From contig BTVY01000001.1 in assembly GCA_045863335.1 (NCBI GenBank), positions 1 to 64,000 of the forward strand: a DNA stretch of 64,000 bases. Reading direction: 5' to 3'. Of this stretch, positions 19,848 through 29,935 are shown piece by piece. A program made the position numbers and the translations under genes. Within the stretch, counting starts at the first letter, position 1, and each line of letters begins with the position of its first letter. The notes below the pieces were generated by a model that had not been told where the DNA came from, did no database searches, and saw only the letters and a list, made by a program, of their open reading frames with translations. The stretch comes from Candidatus Hydrogenedentota bacterium. Lineage in GTDB: Bacteria; Hydrogenedentota; Hydrogenedentia; Hydrogenedentales; SLHB01.

Positions 19848-20832
19848 CGGTCACCTGCTCGTAGATTTCTGCGGCGTTCTCCGGCGTCACCTTGGTAGGT
19901 TCCAGAATCACTTCCTTGGGCACCTCTTCGCCGTTCAGCAGCTTGATGCCGTATTCAAGCGCCTCTGACGCGCAGGGCGGATAGATGAAGGTGCAAGCCA
20001 GCACGCCGTCCATGACTTTCTTCACGCCGCCCGCCTGACCGCCAAGCCCGTCAACACCGACGAAGATCATTTCCTTCTCGCGCCCCGCATCGCGCGCGGC
20101 GAGGTAGCAGCCGACCGCCATGGGATCGTTGTGCGCGTAGACGACGTCGATCTTCGGATTCGCCTGCAATACGGTTTCCATGCGTTTCTTGGCTTCATCC
20201 TGCAGCCAGTTCGCGACTTCTTCGATGACGGTTACGCCCGCGACGGTGTCGATGTGCTTGCGGGCGCCCTGATGACGCTCATCCTGGGGCTTGGTGCCGA
20301 GGAGGCCCTTCATCTCGACCACGATCGGGTTTTCGATCTGATTCGTATCGAGATACTCCTTTACGAATTCACCGGCCATCTCCCCTATCGCCACATTGTC
20401 GGCGCCAACGAACATGTCGTACACGGGCTCGACGAGATTGCGCTCCAGACAAATGACCTTGATACCCGCGTCGTGCGCCTTCTTCACGACGGGCGTCAGC
20501 GGCGCAGCCTCATTGGGCGCCACGATCAGCAGATCAACTCCCTGGAGGATGATATTCTCGATCTGCGAGATTTGCTTGGAGTTGTCCTGTAACGCGTCGT
20601 GGATGACCAACTCGTAGTTGTCGCCGTACTTCTGAATGTCGCGTTTGAAGATGTTGTTTTGGACGGTGCGGTAGGGCTCCGCGCTGTTGCATTGGGAGAA
20701 TGCGATGCGATAGGTCTTCTCACCGCCCGCCGCGTCGCCGGCGCCCGCGGCATCGGAACCAGGTTGCTGCTGACCGCACCCGACTATGCCCAATCCCAAA
20801 ATCGTTATTGCACAACACGTCCTCAAGAACAT
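19834..20832 (-). CDS. Sugar ABC transporter substrate-binding lipoprotein (RbsB-like)
   Basis: Lipobox IVGC; LIVAPNE, VGADNVAIG, YAHNDPMA, VGVDG. Confidence 0.9.
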   Translation of the reverse strand: MFLRTCCAITILGLGIVGCGQQQPGSDAAGAGDAAGGEKTYRIAFSQCNSAEPYRTVQNNIFKRDIQKYGDNYELVIHDALQDNSKQISQIENIILQGVDLLIVAPNEAAPLTPVVKKAHDAGIKVICLERNLVEPVYDMFVGADNVAIGEMAGEFVKEYLDTNQIENPIVVEMKGLLGTKPQDERHQGARKHIDTVAGVTVIEEVANWLQDEAKKRMETVLQANPKIDVVYAHNDPMAVGCYLAARDAGREKEMIFVGVDGLGGQAGGVKKVMDGVLACTFIYPPCASEALEYGIKLLNGEEVPKEVILEPTKVTPENAAEIYEQVTVEAS

Positions 20833-20886
20833 TGGCTCACCTCGCTGTACGTCATTTCATTCCGTCCGGAACACCGCCCAGATCGC

Positions 20887-21834
20887 TCAAGTTTCTCTTT
20901 TGCGTCCCACCAATTGCAACCACACGGCCACGATGATGATTGCCGCCTTGAGCATCCATTGGGTATTTTCGTCCACGTTATTGAGTCCGAGCAGGTTGGA
21001 GAGGATGCCGAGGGCGAGGGTGCCGACGACAGTGCCGAAGATGGCGCCCTTCCCTCCGGCCAGGCTGGTGCCGCCAATGACGGCCGCAGCGATGGCATCC
21101 AGTTCGTAGGCGACACCGGCATTGGGGCTGCCCTGGTGGTTCTGACAACAGTGGACCACGCCGGCAATGCCTGCGAAGAGCCCCGAGATGGCGTAGACGC
21201 GGACCTTTACCCAGCCGGTGTTGATACCCGACAAGCGTGCGGCGTCTTCGCTACCGCCCACGGCGATGAGGTAACGCCCGAACCGGGTGAACCTCAGTAA
21301 CACAAGCCCCATGGCGGCCACGGCCAGGAAGGACGGAACGACGACTTTCTTCTCGGCAATAAACGCGATGACCTTGTCGATGTATCCGGAACCGAAGCCG
21401 ATGTCGATGTTTGCATTGTTGACCAGCCAGCGCGCGAAGCCCCGGCTGCCGATCATGGCCGCGAGGGTCACGATGAAGGGTTGCATATTGAATCGCGCGA
21501 TAATCACGCCGCTGGCAAGTCCGAACGCCGACGTCACCCCGAGCGCGGCGGCCATGGCTCCGGCCAGTGGCCAGCCCAGATTCAGGAAAGTGTGCGCGAA
21601 GACGGTCCCGGAGAGCGCGAGCAGGGATCCCACGGAGAGATCGATTCCGCCGGAGATGATGACCAGCGTCATGCCGGTCGCGAGGATTCCGATCTCGGAA
21701 ATCTGACGCAGTACGTTGGACAGGTTCATGGGTTTCCAGAAAATGGGAAACCCGTCAACGTATGGCGAGAATATGGTCGCCAGGATTACCACAAACAGCA
21801 AGGTCCCCAGCGGCCGAATCCAGTTCTGCTTCAC
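20887..21834 (-). CDS. Sugar ABC transporter permease (RbsC-like)
   Basis: GGIDLSVGS, PFIVTLA, GGSEDAARLSGI, YELDAIAAAVIGGTSLAGGKG. Confidence 0.92.
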   Translation of the reverse strand: MKQNWIRPLGTLLFVVILATIFSPYVDGFPIFWKPMNLSNVLRQISEIGILATGMTLVIISGGIDLSVGSLLALSGTVFAHTFLNLGWPLAGAMAAALGVTSAFGLASGVIIARFNMQPFIVTLAAMIGSRGFARWLVNNANIDIGFGSGYIDKVIAFIAEKKVVVPSFLAVAAMGLVLLRFTRFGRYLIAVGGSEDAARLSGINTGWVKVRVYAISGLFAGIAGVVHCCQNHQGSPNAGVAYELDAIAAAVIGGTSLAGGKGAIFGTVVGTLALGILSNLLGLNNVDENTQWMLKAAIIIVAVWLQLVGRKRET

Positions 21835-21861
21835 CCTCTCCCCCTCTCCAAACCGGGCACG

Positions 21862-22542
21862 TTATGCCTGCGGACTGACTTTCGGCGTGACGCGGATAAT
21901 GCCGTCCGATACTTCTATACTTTCGAAACGATCCAATGATTCCTGAACCCCCGGTTCCCGGACATACTCCGCCGCGAGGTTCTCACTGCGCAATCCTGCC
22001 ATGAACTCTTCCGGCACGGACGTGCCGCTCACCGTCAACGCATCGAGATGGACGTACAACATCCCGTCCCGTAGGAATACCGTGAAGGTACCCGATCCGT
22101 TCACATAACGGCCAGGAAGCAGCGCGTCAACCGGCATGCTCACGTCGCCGGTAATGCGATCGTCGTCGATGGAGATGTGGACCCGGCCTTTGAGGTTGCT
22201 CCATTGCGGGTCGTTCGCGATTAGAGCGTTGATGTCTTCGGCGGTGAGTTCCAACGGTTCCGTTACGGCGCCGGCCTCCAGTGCCGCGTCAAAGGCGTCT
22301 ACACGCTCCTTCAGCGCGGCGTATTCATCGACGGGCATCTCCGACTGGGGCAACTCCATGGGTTCCGTGTCGGTGTACCGGTCGACGATGCCGCTGAAGG
22401 CCATACGAACGACGATGTACCCGGCGATGACGAGAAAAATCAGCACCGCGACACCACCGAGGCATCCGAAGAGCAACCAGGGAAACTCCCCGCGCTTCTT
22501 GGGCCGGGGCGGAGGCGCAACATTGGGCATGTTCATGGTCAT
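21862..22542 (-). CDS. Hypothetical single-pass membrane protein
   Basis: Pro-rich N-terminus, WLLFGCLGG TM helix, LTAEDINALI; host-like codon usage, RBS GGAGGG. Confidence 0.7.
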   Translation of the reverse strand: MTMNMPNVAPPPRPKKRGEFPWLLFGCLGGVAVLIFLVIAGYIVVRMAFSGIVDRYTDTEPMELPQSEMPVDEYAALKERVDAFDAALEAGAVTEPLELTAEDINALIANDPQWSNLKGRVHISIDDDRITGDVSMPVDALLPGRYVNGSGTFTVFLRDGMLYVHLDALTVSGTSVPEEFMAGLRSENLAAEYVREPGVQESLDRFESIEVSDGIIRVTPKVSPQA

Positions 22543-22592
22543 ATTCCCTCCACACGGGTTATTGCCAGAGTACCACGTTTGCCCCACGCGGA

Positions 22593-23435
22593 TCAGCGCC
22601 CGCGCGATTCCACCGTCCATTCCTCTTCCAGCACCTGGACCCTGCCGTTCGCGACGCTTTCCAGTTTACCCTGTAACGCAGCGCCGTAGGAGCCCGTTGC
22701 GTCATCGAGCACGCAGAGCACGGTGGCTTCATGCGGCGTTTCCTTGGCCTCCTCCGGCATGGTGACGAGCCGACGGGTCCAGGAACCGCTGTCATTTACC
22801 ACAATTAGCGTTGGAACGAAGGCGCCGAGGATGACGCCGTCCATGGGCGAGGTCGGCGGAATGGGTATCAGCCAGTACTTTCGCGACTTCACGACGGCCG
22901 GCGCGATGGCGTCCGCTCCGGCCAGGATGCGAACGTCGCCTTCTTCCCGCAATAAACGAATGGTCGTGCCCCGGCGCAGCCGCACGGTGTTTCGTAGGGC
23001 GGTGTCGCCGGGCTCTCCAGCGACGCGCATGGTCGTGACGCGAAACCGGGCTTTGGGTTCGCGTCCGAGAAGTTGAATCTCTTTCTTGATGCGCATGCCC
23101 GTCTGCTCAGAGGGCGGCCCCAGCAACGCGATGTAGTCCTCCCGATGTTCCACAATCTCCGCGGGACCTCTGCGGCTCGCCGCATCCCGGGCCGTGTACG
23201 GGAGGATATCCGTTTGCAGGCCGCCGGGGTCTATCCAGTCCTCGCTCTCGCGCGCCGCGTCGTCCACCGGCAGCGACGCCAAGAAATTCTCGCCGCCGGG
23301 AACCCCGAGAAATCGAACCGAGAACACGGCGGGGTCGATCTCGACTCGGATGGCGCCGTTGTCGAGAACGATCGGGTCCGTCGCGCTTATTAAACAACAA
23401 ACAGCCAATCCAAGAGCCAAAGCAATCTCCAACAT
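22593..23435 (-). CDS. Secreted hypothetical protein (possibly DUF4380/mutarotase-like beta-sandwich)
   Basis: Signal peptide; LDNGAIRVEIDP, GGENFL; overlaps the next gene region in an operon-like run. Confidence 0.55.
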   Translation of the reverse strand: MLEIALALGLAVCCLISATDPIVLDNGAIRVEIDPAVFSVRFLGVPGGENFLASLPVDDAARESEDWIDPGGLQTDILPYTARDAASRRGPAEIVEHREDYIALLGPPSEQTGMRIKKEIQLLGREPKARFRVTTMRVAGEPGDTALRNTVRLRRGTTIRLLREEGDVRILAGADAIAPAVVKSRKYWLIPIPPTSPMDGVILGAFVPTLIVVNDSGSWTRRLVTMPEEAKETPHEATVLCVLDDATGSYGAALQGKLESVANGRVQVLEEEWTVESRGR

Positions 23436-23666
23436 CACACTACACCGGCGTCGCCCAACAGCGGGGTCCGACGGCATTGTGCAATTGCCGTTGCGTACTT
23501 GCAACCCGGTCCAGGGGAAGGGCGTCCGCGCGCTGGCACTTTGAGTCGGCTGGCTTCCACGAATAGGTATGGTGAGGCCATGGCTTTTTGAACTAAGTAG
23601 AGTGCTTTGTTAAGCTTATTCATTCACAATTTCCCGGAGATCCGGGGTGTAGTTAAAGGAGGAGTC

Positions 23667-25178
23667 GTGGTCGAGCGTGTAGAGATCTTCGATACTACCC
23701 TGCGCGATGGCGAGCAGTCGCCGGGCGCGAGCATGAATGTCAACGAGAAGATTCAGATGGCGTTGCAGCTCGAACGGCTCGGGGTGGATATCATCGAAGC
23801 GGGCTTCCCCATCGCGTCCGAGCAGGAATTCGAGGGCGTCCAGAAAGTCGCCGCGGCGGTAAAGAAACCGCGAGTGGCCGGGCTCGCCCGGGCCAATAAG
23901 GCGGATATTGAGCGCGCGGCGAAGGCCATCGAGAAGGCGGAGCGGCCCGTACTGCATACGTTTATTGCCACGTCCGACATTCATCTCGAACACAAACTCC
24001 GCATGACGCGCGAGCAGGTTCTGGAAAAGGCGGCGGAGGCCGTGCGGCTTGCCAAGACGTTGGTCGGGCGCGTGGAGTTTTCCGCAGAGGACTCGACCCG
24101 CAGCGATCCCAAGTACCTCGCGCAGGTGGTCAAAGTGGCTATCGACGCCGGCGCGGACGTGATTAATCTGCCGGACACGGTGGGTTATACGACGCCTATC
24201 GAGATCGAGGAGATGTTCCGCAACGTCATTGCAACCGTACCGGGATCGGACAAGATCGTATTTTCCTGTCACAACCACAACGACCTCGGTCTGGCCGTGG
24301 CGAATGCGTTGGCCGCGTTGCGCGGCGGCGCGCGGCAGATTGAGTGCTGCGTGAACGGCATCGGTGAGCGTGCGGGCAATACGTCGCTCGAAGAAGTCGT
24401 CATGGCGATGAAGACGCGCCAGAATGTCTATCCCTTCGAGACGGGCATCGTCACCGAGGAAATCACGAACACAAGCCGTCTGCTCGGAAACCTGACCGGG
24501 CTGACGATCTCGTACAACAAGCCCATCGTGGGGCGAAACGCGTTCGCGCACGAGGCGGGCATCCACCAGCACGGGGTCATCGCCAGCCGGATCACGTATG
24601 AAATCATGACGCCGGAATCGGTGGGGCGCAGCAGCAACGATCTCATCCTCGGTAAGCATTCGGGCAAGCATGGTCTCGCCAAACGCTGCGCGGATCTGGG
24701 TTTCACGCTGGACGAGAACGAAGTCACTGAGTTGTACCAGCGCTTCAGCGTACTTGCGGATAAGAAGAAGGAAATCTTTGAAGACGACTTGCGCGTGCTG
24801 CTGGCCACGATGCGCAACGAGAGTTTCGAGACGTATTCACTCGAACAGCTTCGCACGTCGGGCAGCGATCCCGCCATGGCGCTGGTCAAGTTGAAGCGCG
24901 GCGGGGAAGAATTCTTCGATACGGCTATCGGCGACGGCCCGGTCGACGCCGCATGCCAGGCCATCGAACGCGTTGTCGGCGTCAGCGGCCGGTTGCAGGA
25001 GTTCAATATCCGCGCCGCGTCGCCGGGGAAGGATGCGTTAGGCGAGGCCCATGTGACGGTGCTGCTCGATGGGAAGTCGTACTACGGCACGGGCGCGAGC
25101 ACGGATATCATCGAAGCCGCGGTGAAGGCGTACTTAAGCGCCGTGAACAAGTATCTGGCGCTGCAATTGACGGCGTAA
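23667..25178 (+). CDS. leuA: 2-isopropylmalate synthase
   Basis: FDTTLRDGEQSPG, HNHNDLGLA, GIGERAGN, AHEAGIHQHG, regulatory domain GDGPVDA; RBS AAGGAGG. Confidence 0.96.
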   Translation: MVERVEIFDTTLRDGEQSPGASMNVNEKIQMALQLERLGVDIIEAGFPIASEQEFEGVQKVAAAVKKPRVAGLARANKADIERAAKAIEKAERPVLHTFIATSDIHLEHKLRMTREQVLEKAAEAVRLAKTLVGRVEFSAEDSTRSDPKYLAQVVKVAIDAGADVINLPDTVGYTTPIEIEEMFRNVIATVPGSDKIVFSCHNHNDLGLAVANALAALRGGARQIECCVNGIGERAGNTSLEEVVMAMKTRQNVYPFETGIVTEEITNTSRLLGNLTGLTISYNKPIVGRNAFAHEAGIHQHGVIASRITYEIMTPESVGRSSNDLILGKHSGKHGLAKRCADLGFTLDENEVTELYQRFSVLADKKKEIFEDDLRVLLATMRNESFETYSLEQLRTSGSDPAMALVKLKRGGEEFFDTAIGDGPVDAACQAIERVVGVSGRLQEFNIRAASPGKDALGEAHVTVLLDGKSYYGTGASTDIIEAAVKAYLSAVNKYLALQLTA

Positions 25179-25428
25179 GATGGATCCCCGCCTGCGCGGG
25201 GATGACGGTGCTGGTGGTGGCGCAGTCGCTGGTTTGTCTGTTGAAGTAGCGGGGGAAGTCAAGATGGGTCCCCGCGTTCGCGAGGATGACGGTGCTGGTG
25301 GCGGCGCGGTCGATGGTTTGTCTCTTGAAGTAGCGGGGGAAGTCAAGATGGGTCCCCGCCTGCGGGGGGATGACGATTTGGGTGGTGGCGCGGTCGTTGG
25401 TTTCTCGTGTGAAGTAGCGGGTGGATTC
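25177..25428. repeat. Three tandem 84-bp units, each with a GTCATCCCCGCG-type REP hairpin
   Basis: Units start at 25177, 25261 and 25345 (aagatggRtccccg...gatgacg...gaagtagcggg); lies between convergent genes. Confidence 0.88.
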
Positions 25429-25465
25429 AAGACGAGTTCCCGGCGGCGCGGCAACCGGTCTGCAT

Positions 25466-28400
25466 TCAGTCGAACGCGCACAATCCTTCGACGTAGGCTT
25501 TGCTGCCGTCGTTGGCCCAGGGGTCGAGTTCGCTCGGGTCTTTCAGTTGCTGTCCGCGCATCCGTGGTACGGCGAGGAATCCGCAGGCCACATCGGATAG
25601 CGCGGTCATGTCGCTCCATAGCTTCTCGAATTGCGCCACGGGATAAACGTCTTCCTGACCGTGACCCCATCGGCGTTTCACGTCTTTGATCGTCACGTAA
25701 GTCGGAACCCGCTCGGCCACGGCGCGCACGGCTTCGGAGATCTCCGCTTCGGAACGCTCCAGATCGTCCCGCGTGAGACCAAAGAGTTGGAGCACCGGAT
25801 CGATCTGTATCCAGGTGGTCATGGAGTTGTAGTACCGGAGCTTCAGTTCGTCCTCTTCCCGCGGTTGGGCGAGCCCTTCGAGCAAACGCACCTTTCCGTT
25901 AACCCGCGCCAGGCCGCCGCCCCGGTCCGTGATTCGCCGCGGCACCACTTCAAAGGTCAGCATGTTACCCGAGGCAAGATGAGACCCTAATGCCGCAGGG
26001 TCGAGGTCCGCGCCCAGGGTGTCGATGTTGTGCAGCATGATTGTTTCGACTTGGGAATGTTCGCGAAGCAATCGCGCGAGCACGCCGTTGCGCAGGAGGT
26101 TCGGCATCTCGTACCAATGCCCCGGTGGATTAAACCGCTGCTCGGGAAGGTTGTCGACGTAGTCGCTTCCCTCCCCCGCCCCGCGCGCCCACTCCATCAG
26201 GGCCGTGCGCACCGACTCCCGGACCTTCTGCTTCTGCTCGTCCAGGGTCTCCTGCGGCATTTCCTCCCACAAGAAAACTAAATCGCGCACCATGGGGATG
26301 AGACGCTGGCCGATGGAGCGTCCCGGCGACAGGTAAACGGGTCCCTGGTATCCAAAGTTGTTGGTTGCCTGGAGATGCCTCTCAACCGGCTCGTGAGTGA
26401 GGAAACTCGTCGACACGATGTGCGGCGGTTGAATGCCGAACGCGGCGCCCGCACGCTTCGTCTTCGCAAGATGAATCTCCAGGAAGGCTCGATGCTGTCC
26501 ATTCATCTGCACGAAGGGGTTAACGGCCTTGATCACCCCCGCGCCGGAGGTCCATCGGCTTCCCACACCGCCCGCGAGGGACAGCACCGCGACGCGGTTC
26601 TCGCGAAGAGCCTTCTCACCTGCGGCACGATGTTTGGTCGCGGAATCATAAAGCGTCACGTCTTCGTCGCGTACGTCTTCGATGCGCGTTTCGACCGGTA
26701 ATCGGTTGTGTGCGAGCCCAATGCGGCCCGCGCGCAAATCGCCGCGAATCTGCTCGTGTTGCACGGAGTCGAATCCGTTCGCGGCTTTGATTGCCGCCGC
26801 GTCCTTGTCCCATTGCGCCCGGTCGAACGCGGCCGCGCTGGTAACACGGAAGAGGCTGCTGACCATCGTCCGCAACAACCCGAACGTTTCCGCCGGCTCG
26901 CGGGAAGCAGCGGTGAATTGGTCCAGTTCGGCGCGGCGCTGGTAGGGAATCTCGTCTGCGTGGCGGCGGACGAGTTCGGGTACTTGCAACGCGTAGTAAC
27001 GGGACGGCAACAAGGCCTCGGCATCTTGGTGTACCAGCGCGACGGTTCCGGAAGAGTTAATCCGGAAGTCGTAGACCACCGGCTCCATGGCAAAGGGCAA
27101 GGCATCATCCAGGCTCGCCTTCACCTCGCGCATGATCGTCAAGGCGCGATCCCGAAAGGCTGCGTGCCGTTCCGGCGCCACGTACATGGCCATGCCGCCG
27201 CCGGACATGCCGCCCAGCATCTGGAAGCCCCAGAAATCCTGCTTCAGTTCTTGGCGCGACCGCGCGATCACCGCTTCCGTGAAGCGGTTGGTCACCCACG
27301 GAATGATCGTCTTCAACGGCCCGTCCCAGTTGCGGTGAGTATTTGCGGCCAAAGCGCGAATGTCGCCCTCGCGCAATGCGGTCAGCAGGTTGTCGAAGAT
27401 CGCGCGCATTTCGTGCCGCGCGGCCCATTCGGCGGACGCGCGCAGCAGGTACTTCTCGGTCACCATTTCCAAGATCGGGCCGACGTTTTGCGCCATACCG
27501 CCGTGGACGAGCACGAGCGACTGTGCCAGCCGTTCGTCGATTTGCGGATGCACCGCATCGTGTCCCAGCAGGCGATGTCGCGGCAAGAGGCAGCCCTTGC
27601 TGACGCCGTACTCGGGATCGCTTTCCAGCGCGACAGCGCCTTCGATGATTTTGATGCCCGGCCACACGCCGCCGGAATCCTGCCAACCACCTCCGGAACC
27701 GCCCAGCCATTCTCCGAGGATGGCACGCGATGCGACGAGACGCCGTTCCCCCTCGCGCAAGGGGCCTTCCAGACTTGCCGTCTGTCCTGTCGCCCGCATG
27801 AGCGCGCCGATCATTCCTGCCAGCAGGTTCGTCGACACGGCGAGCCGGGAACCCTTTGGAATGTCGTTGATCTTGGTAACGAGTTCGATGCCCATGTGCG
27901 GCGCAACGACACGCTCCAGGATGCCGGCGAGCGATTGGTGGGTGCCTTCAAAGGAAGGCGGCACCAGTCCCGACGCGATCACGCCCGCCTTCAGCAAGCT
28001 CAGATAGTCGTTGCCGAAATTGAAGAGGTCATCGAGATCCGCCACATCCTTGGTGACGCCCAGATCGATACTGGTTAGCCGGATCACGGGTTCAGGGATC
28101 ACCCGCACGTAGGACTCGACCGGCGGACGCACATCCTGGTCGCGTCCGTAGACGCCGAGATCGACGGAGATGTTGAGGACCCGCGCGCCTTCGGGATAGT
28201 CCATTCCAAGAAAGAAGATGTCTGACCAACCGCTATGACTGAGGTCCAGGCGTACCGGAGTCTTCTCCACGAGCACGGGGTACAGCAGCGCACCGTCGGT
28301 GCGGCGCAACATCTCGGGCCGGATGCGCAACGGGTGGTCGTCCGCATGCCCGACGCGAAACATCCACTGATTGCCGCGACTGGACCGGACGCTTCTCCGC

Positions 28401-28816
28401 ACCTGATCGGCCAAGGTCTGGAATGCAAGGTGCCGGTAACACTCGGCGAGCGCGCTCATGACGGCGGCGTTGGGCCCGTTTGTTTCGATGGCACAAATGA
28501 ATCGCCGAATCGCTTCTTCAAAACGCCGTTCGAGCAGGTCGCTGAAGCCGTCATAAGGTATCGCGCCAGTCGCGGGAGTGCTTCGCGATTCTTGGAGGTG
28601 GAACCGGTAAAGACTGTGGAGAAACAGCGTCGCGCGGACCCGCTCGTAAAGATTGGCGGAAGTGCGGCGAAACGACTCCAAATCATCGCACGCAGAAAGT
28701 AGTTCGTCTGTGGACAGGTCTGTGCAAAGCGATGTGAACGAACGATTGCGGACAGCATCGTCGCCATTCGTAATGGAATCGATGAACGGACTGCTTACGG
28801 GCTTCCCGCGCTGCAT
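25466..28816 (-). CDS. Fusion protein: GHMP sugar kinase (fucokinase/HddA-like) + UDP-sugar pyrophosphorylase (UDPGP family)
   Basis: PVRLDLSHSGWSD, IPKGSRLAVS, GSGGGWQD, GGMSGGG kinase motifs; LAGGVGSRW, PPGHW, HNIDTLGA, QFEK nucleotidyltransferase motifs. Confidence 0.8.
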   Translation of the reverse strand: MQRGKPVSSPFIDSITNGDDAVRNRSFTSLCTDLSTDELLSACDDLESFRRTSANLYERVRATLFLHSLYRFHLQESRSTPATGAIPYDGFSDLLERRFEEAIRRFICAIETNGPNAAVMSALAECYRHLAFQTLADQVRRSVRSSRGNQWMFRVGHADDHPLRIRPEMLRRTDGALLYPVLVEKTPVRLDLSHSGWSDIFFLGMDYPEGARVLNISVDLGVYGRDQDVRPPVESYVRVIPEPVIRLTSIDLGVTKDVADLDDLFNFGNDYLSLLKAGVIASGLVPPSFEGTHQSLAGILERVVAPHMGIELVTKINDIPKGSRLAVSTNLLAGMIGALMRATGQTASLEGPLREGERRLVASRAILGEWLGGSGGGWQDSGGVWPGIKIIEGAVALESDPEYGVSKGCLLPRHRLLGHDAVHPQIDERLAQSLVLVHGGMAQNVGPILEMVTEKYLLRASAEWAARHEMRAIFDNLLTALREGDIRALAANTHRNWDGPLKTIIPWVTNRFTEAVIARSRQELKQDFWGFQMLGGMSGGGMAMYVAPERHAAFRDRALTIMREVKASLDDALPFAMEPVVYDFRINSSGTVALVHQDAEALLPSRYYALQVPELVRRHADEIPYQRRAELDQFTAASREPAETFGLLRTMVSSLFRVTSAAAFDRAQWDKDAAAIKAANGFDSVQHEQIRGDLRAGRIGLAHNRLPVETRIEDVRDEDVTLYDSATKHRAAGEKALRENRVAVLSLAGGVGSRWTSGAGVIKAVNPFVQMNGQHRAFLEIHLAKTKRAGAAFGIQPPHIVSTSFLTHEPVERHLQATNNFGYQGPVYLSPGRSIGQRLIPMVRDLVFLWEEMPQETLDEQKQKVRESVRTALMEWARGAGEGSDYVDNLPEQRFNPPGHWYEMPNLLRNGVLARLLREHSQVETIMLHNIDTLGADLDPAALGSHLASGNMLTFEVVPRRITDRGGGLARVNGKVRLLEGLAQPREEDELKLRYYNSMTTWIQIDPVLQLFGLTRDDLERSEAEISEAVRAVAERVPTYVTIKDVKRRWGHGQEDVYPVAQFEKLWSDMTALSDVACGFLAVPRMRGQQLKDPSELDPWANDGSKAYVEGLCAFD

Positions 28817-28820
28817 AGGG

Positions 28821-29771
28821 CTACGCCTTGCCGGATTCGGCGAGAACTTCGACCAGCATGGCAAGTACTTCCTCGCGATCCTGTCCGGCCAACGCCAGCG
28901 ACAACTGCGTGTGCAGCAGTCCGAACGTGGACCCAATGTCGTGGCGCACGCCGCGCACTTCGAGCGCAAGGTGACGCTCCCGCAGCGCCAGTTCTTGCAG
29001 CGCCGTTGTCAGTTGAACGTCGCCGTGGCCTGACACGGCGGCGTCAACGGCTTCCTTCAGGATCGTAAACACGGCGGGCGTGAGCACGTACATGCCGAAG
29101 AAACAGAGGAAATAACCTGCCCGTAATCCGGGGGTGTAGAGTTCCAATTCCGCCTGGCTCACAGACGGTTTCTCGATGATCCGCTCAATCTGATAGGCGC
29201 CCGTGTACTTCGGCACGCGCTTTCCGCACAGCGTGCCGTAGCGGCCGACGAGGTGCTCCCGGGTCGCTTGCACCGCCGCGACCGCGCAATCCTCCTGCAC
29301 GGCGAGGTCGATCAGTTGTTGGGCGCAACGTCTCCCTTCTACCTGGGAAACGTAGAGATGATCGCCCAGCAACAGGAGAAACGGTTCCTCGCCCACGAAC
29401 TCCCGCGCGCAATACACCGCATGACCGTAACCCAAGGCTTCCTCTTGCGGCGCGAAACGCAAGCGGCGCACGACGTTGTTCAGCTTCTCCGCCTGCGCCT
29501 GCGCCCAATCGACGCCGCGATACGATGCGAGCAGGTTGTCGTGAAGCAGCTCGAACTGTCTCCGGTACGCGTCCTCGTCGCCGGGCGCGCAGACGACGCA
29601 GATCTCTTCGATCCCGCTTTCCAAGGCCTCTTCGGCGATGATTTGAATAACCGGTTTGGCCAACCCGTCCCGATCCACCAACGGCAACATAGCCTTCTGG
29701 ACCGTATCGGCCACCGGATACAAGCGAACCCCGCGTCCGGCCGCGGTGATGACAGCTTTGCGCACGTGCAC
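28821..29771 (-). CDS. GalU-like sugar-phosphate nucleotidyltransferase
   Basis: KAVITAAGRGVRLYP..QKAMLP, LGYGHAV, LLGDH, IEKPS, QLTTAL; GTG start with GGGAGG RBS. Confidence 0.88.
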   Translation of the reverse strand: MHVRKAVITAAGRGVRLYPVADTVQKAMLPLVDRDGLAKPVIQIIAEEALESGIEEICVVCAPGDEDAYRRQFELLHDNLLASYRGVDWAQAQAEKLNNVVRRLRFAPQEEALGYGHAVYCAREFVGEEPFLLLLGDHLYVSQVEGRRCAQQLIDLAVQEDCAVAAVQATREHLVGRYGTLCGKRVPKYTGAYQIERIIEKPSVSQAELELYTPGLRAGYFLCFFGMYVLTPAVFTILKEAVDAAVSGHGDVQLTTALQELALRERHLALEVRGVRHDIGSTFGLLHTQLSLALAGQDREEVLAMLVEVLAESGKA

Positions 29772-29935
29772 GCGATACCCCTCCCTGCTGACGACGCTGT
29801 AACAATACCAACCGGCCAAGTCGCGCACAAGAACGGCGGGATCAGTTCTTGAATTCGCGGTCGTCAAAAACACCATAATTGCAGTCGTGAAATGGAGTAG
29901 ACCTCGATAGTGATGCGAAGGGGAAGGAGTCAACG

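Noticed and set aside
23440-23666. Leucine attenuator or T-box upstream of leuA
   Set aside because: No Leu-rich leader peptide, T-box motif or terminator hairpin is evident.
25177-25428. Possible CRISPR array
   Set aside because: The inter-hairpin segments are near-identical rather than unique spacers, the period is 84 bp, and there are no cas genes.
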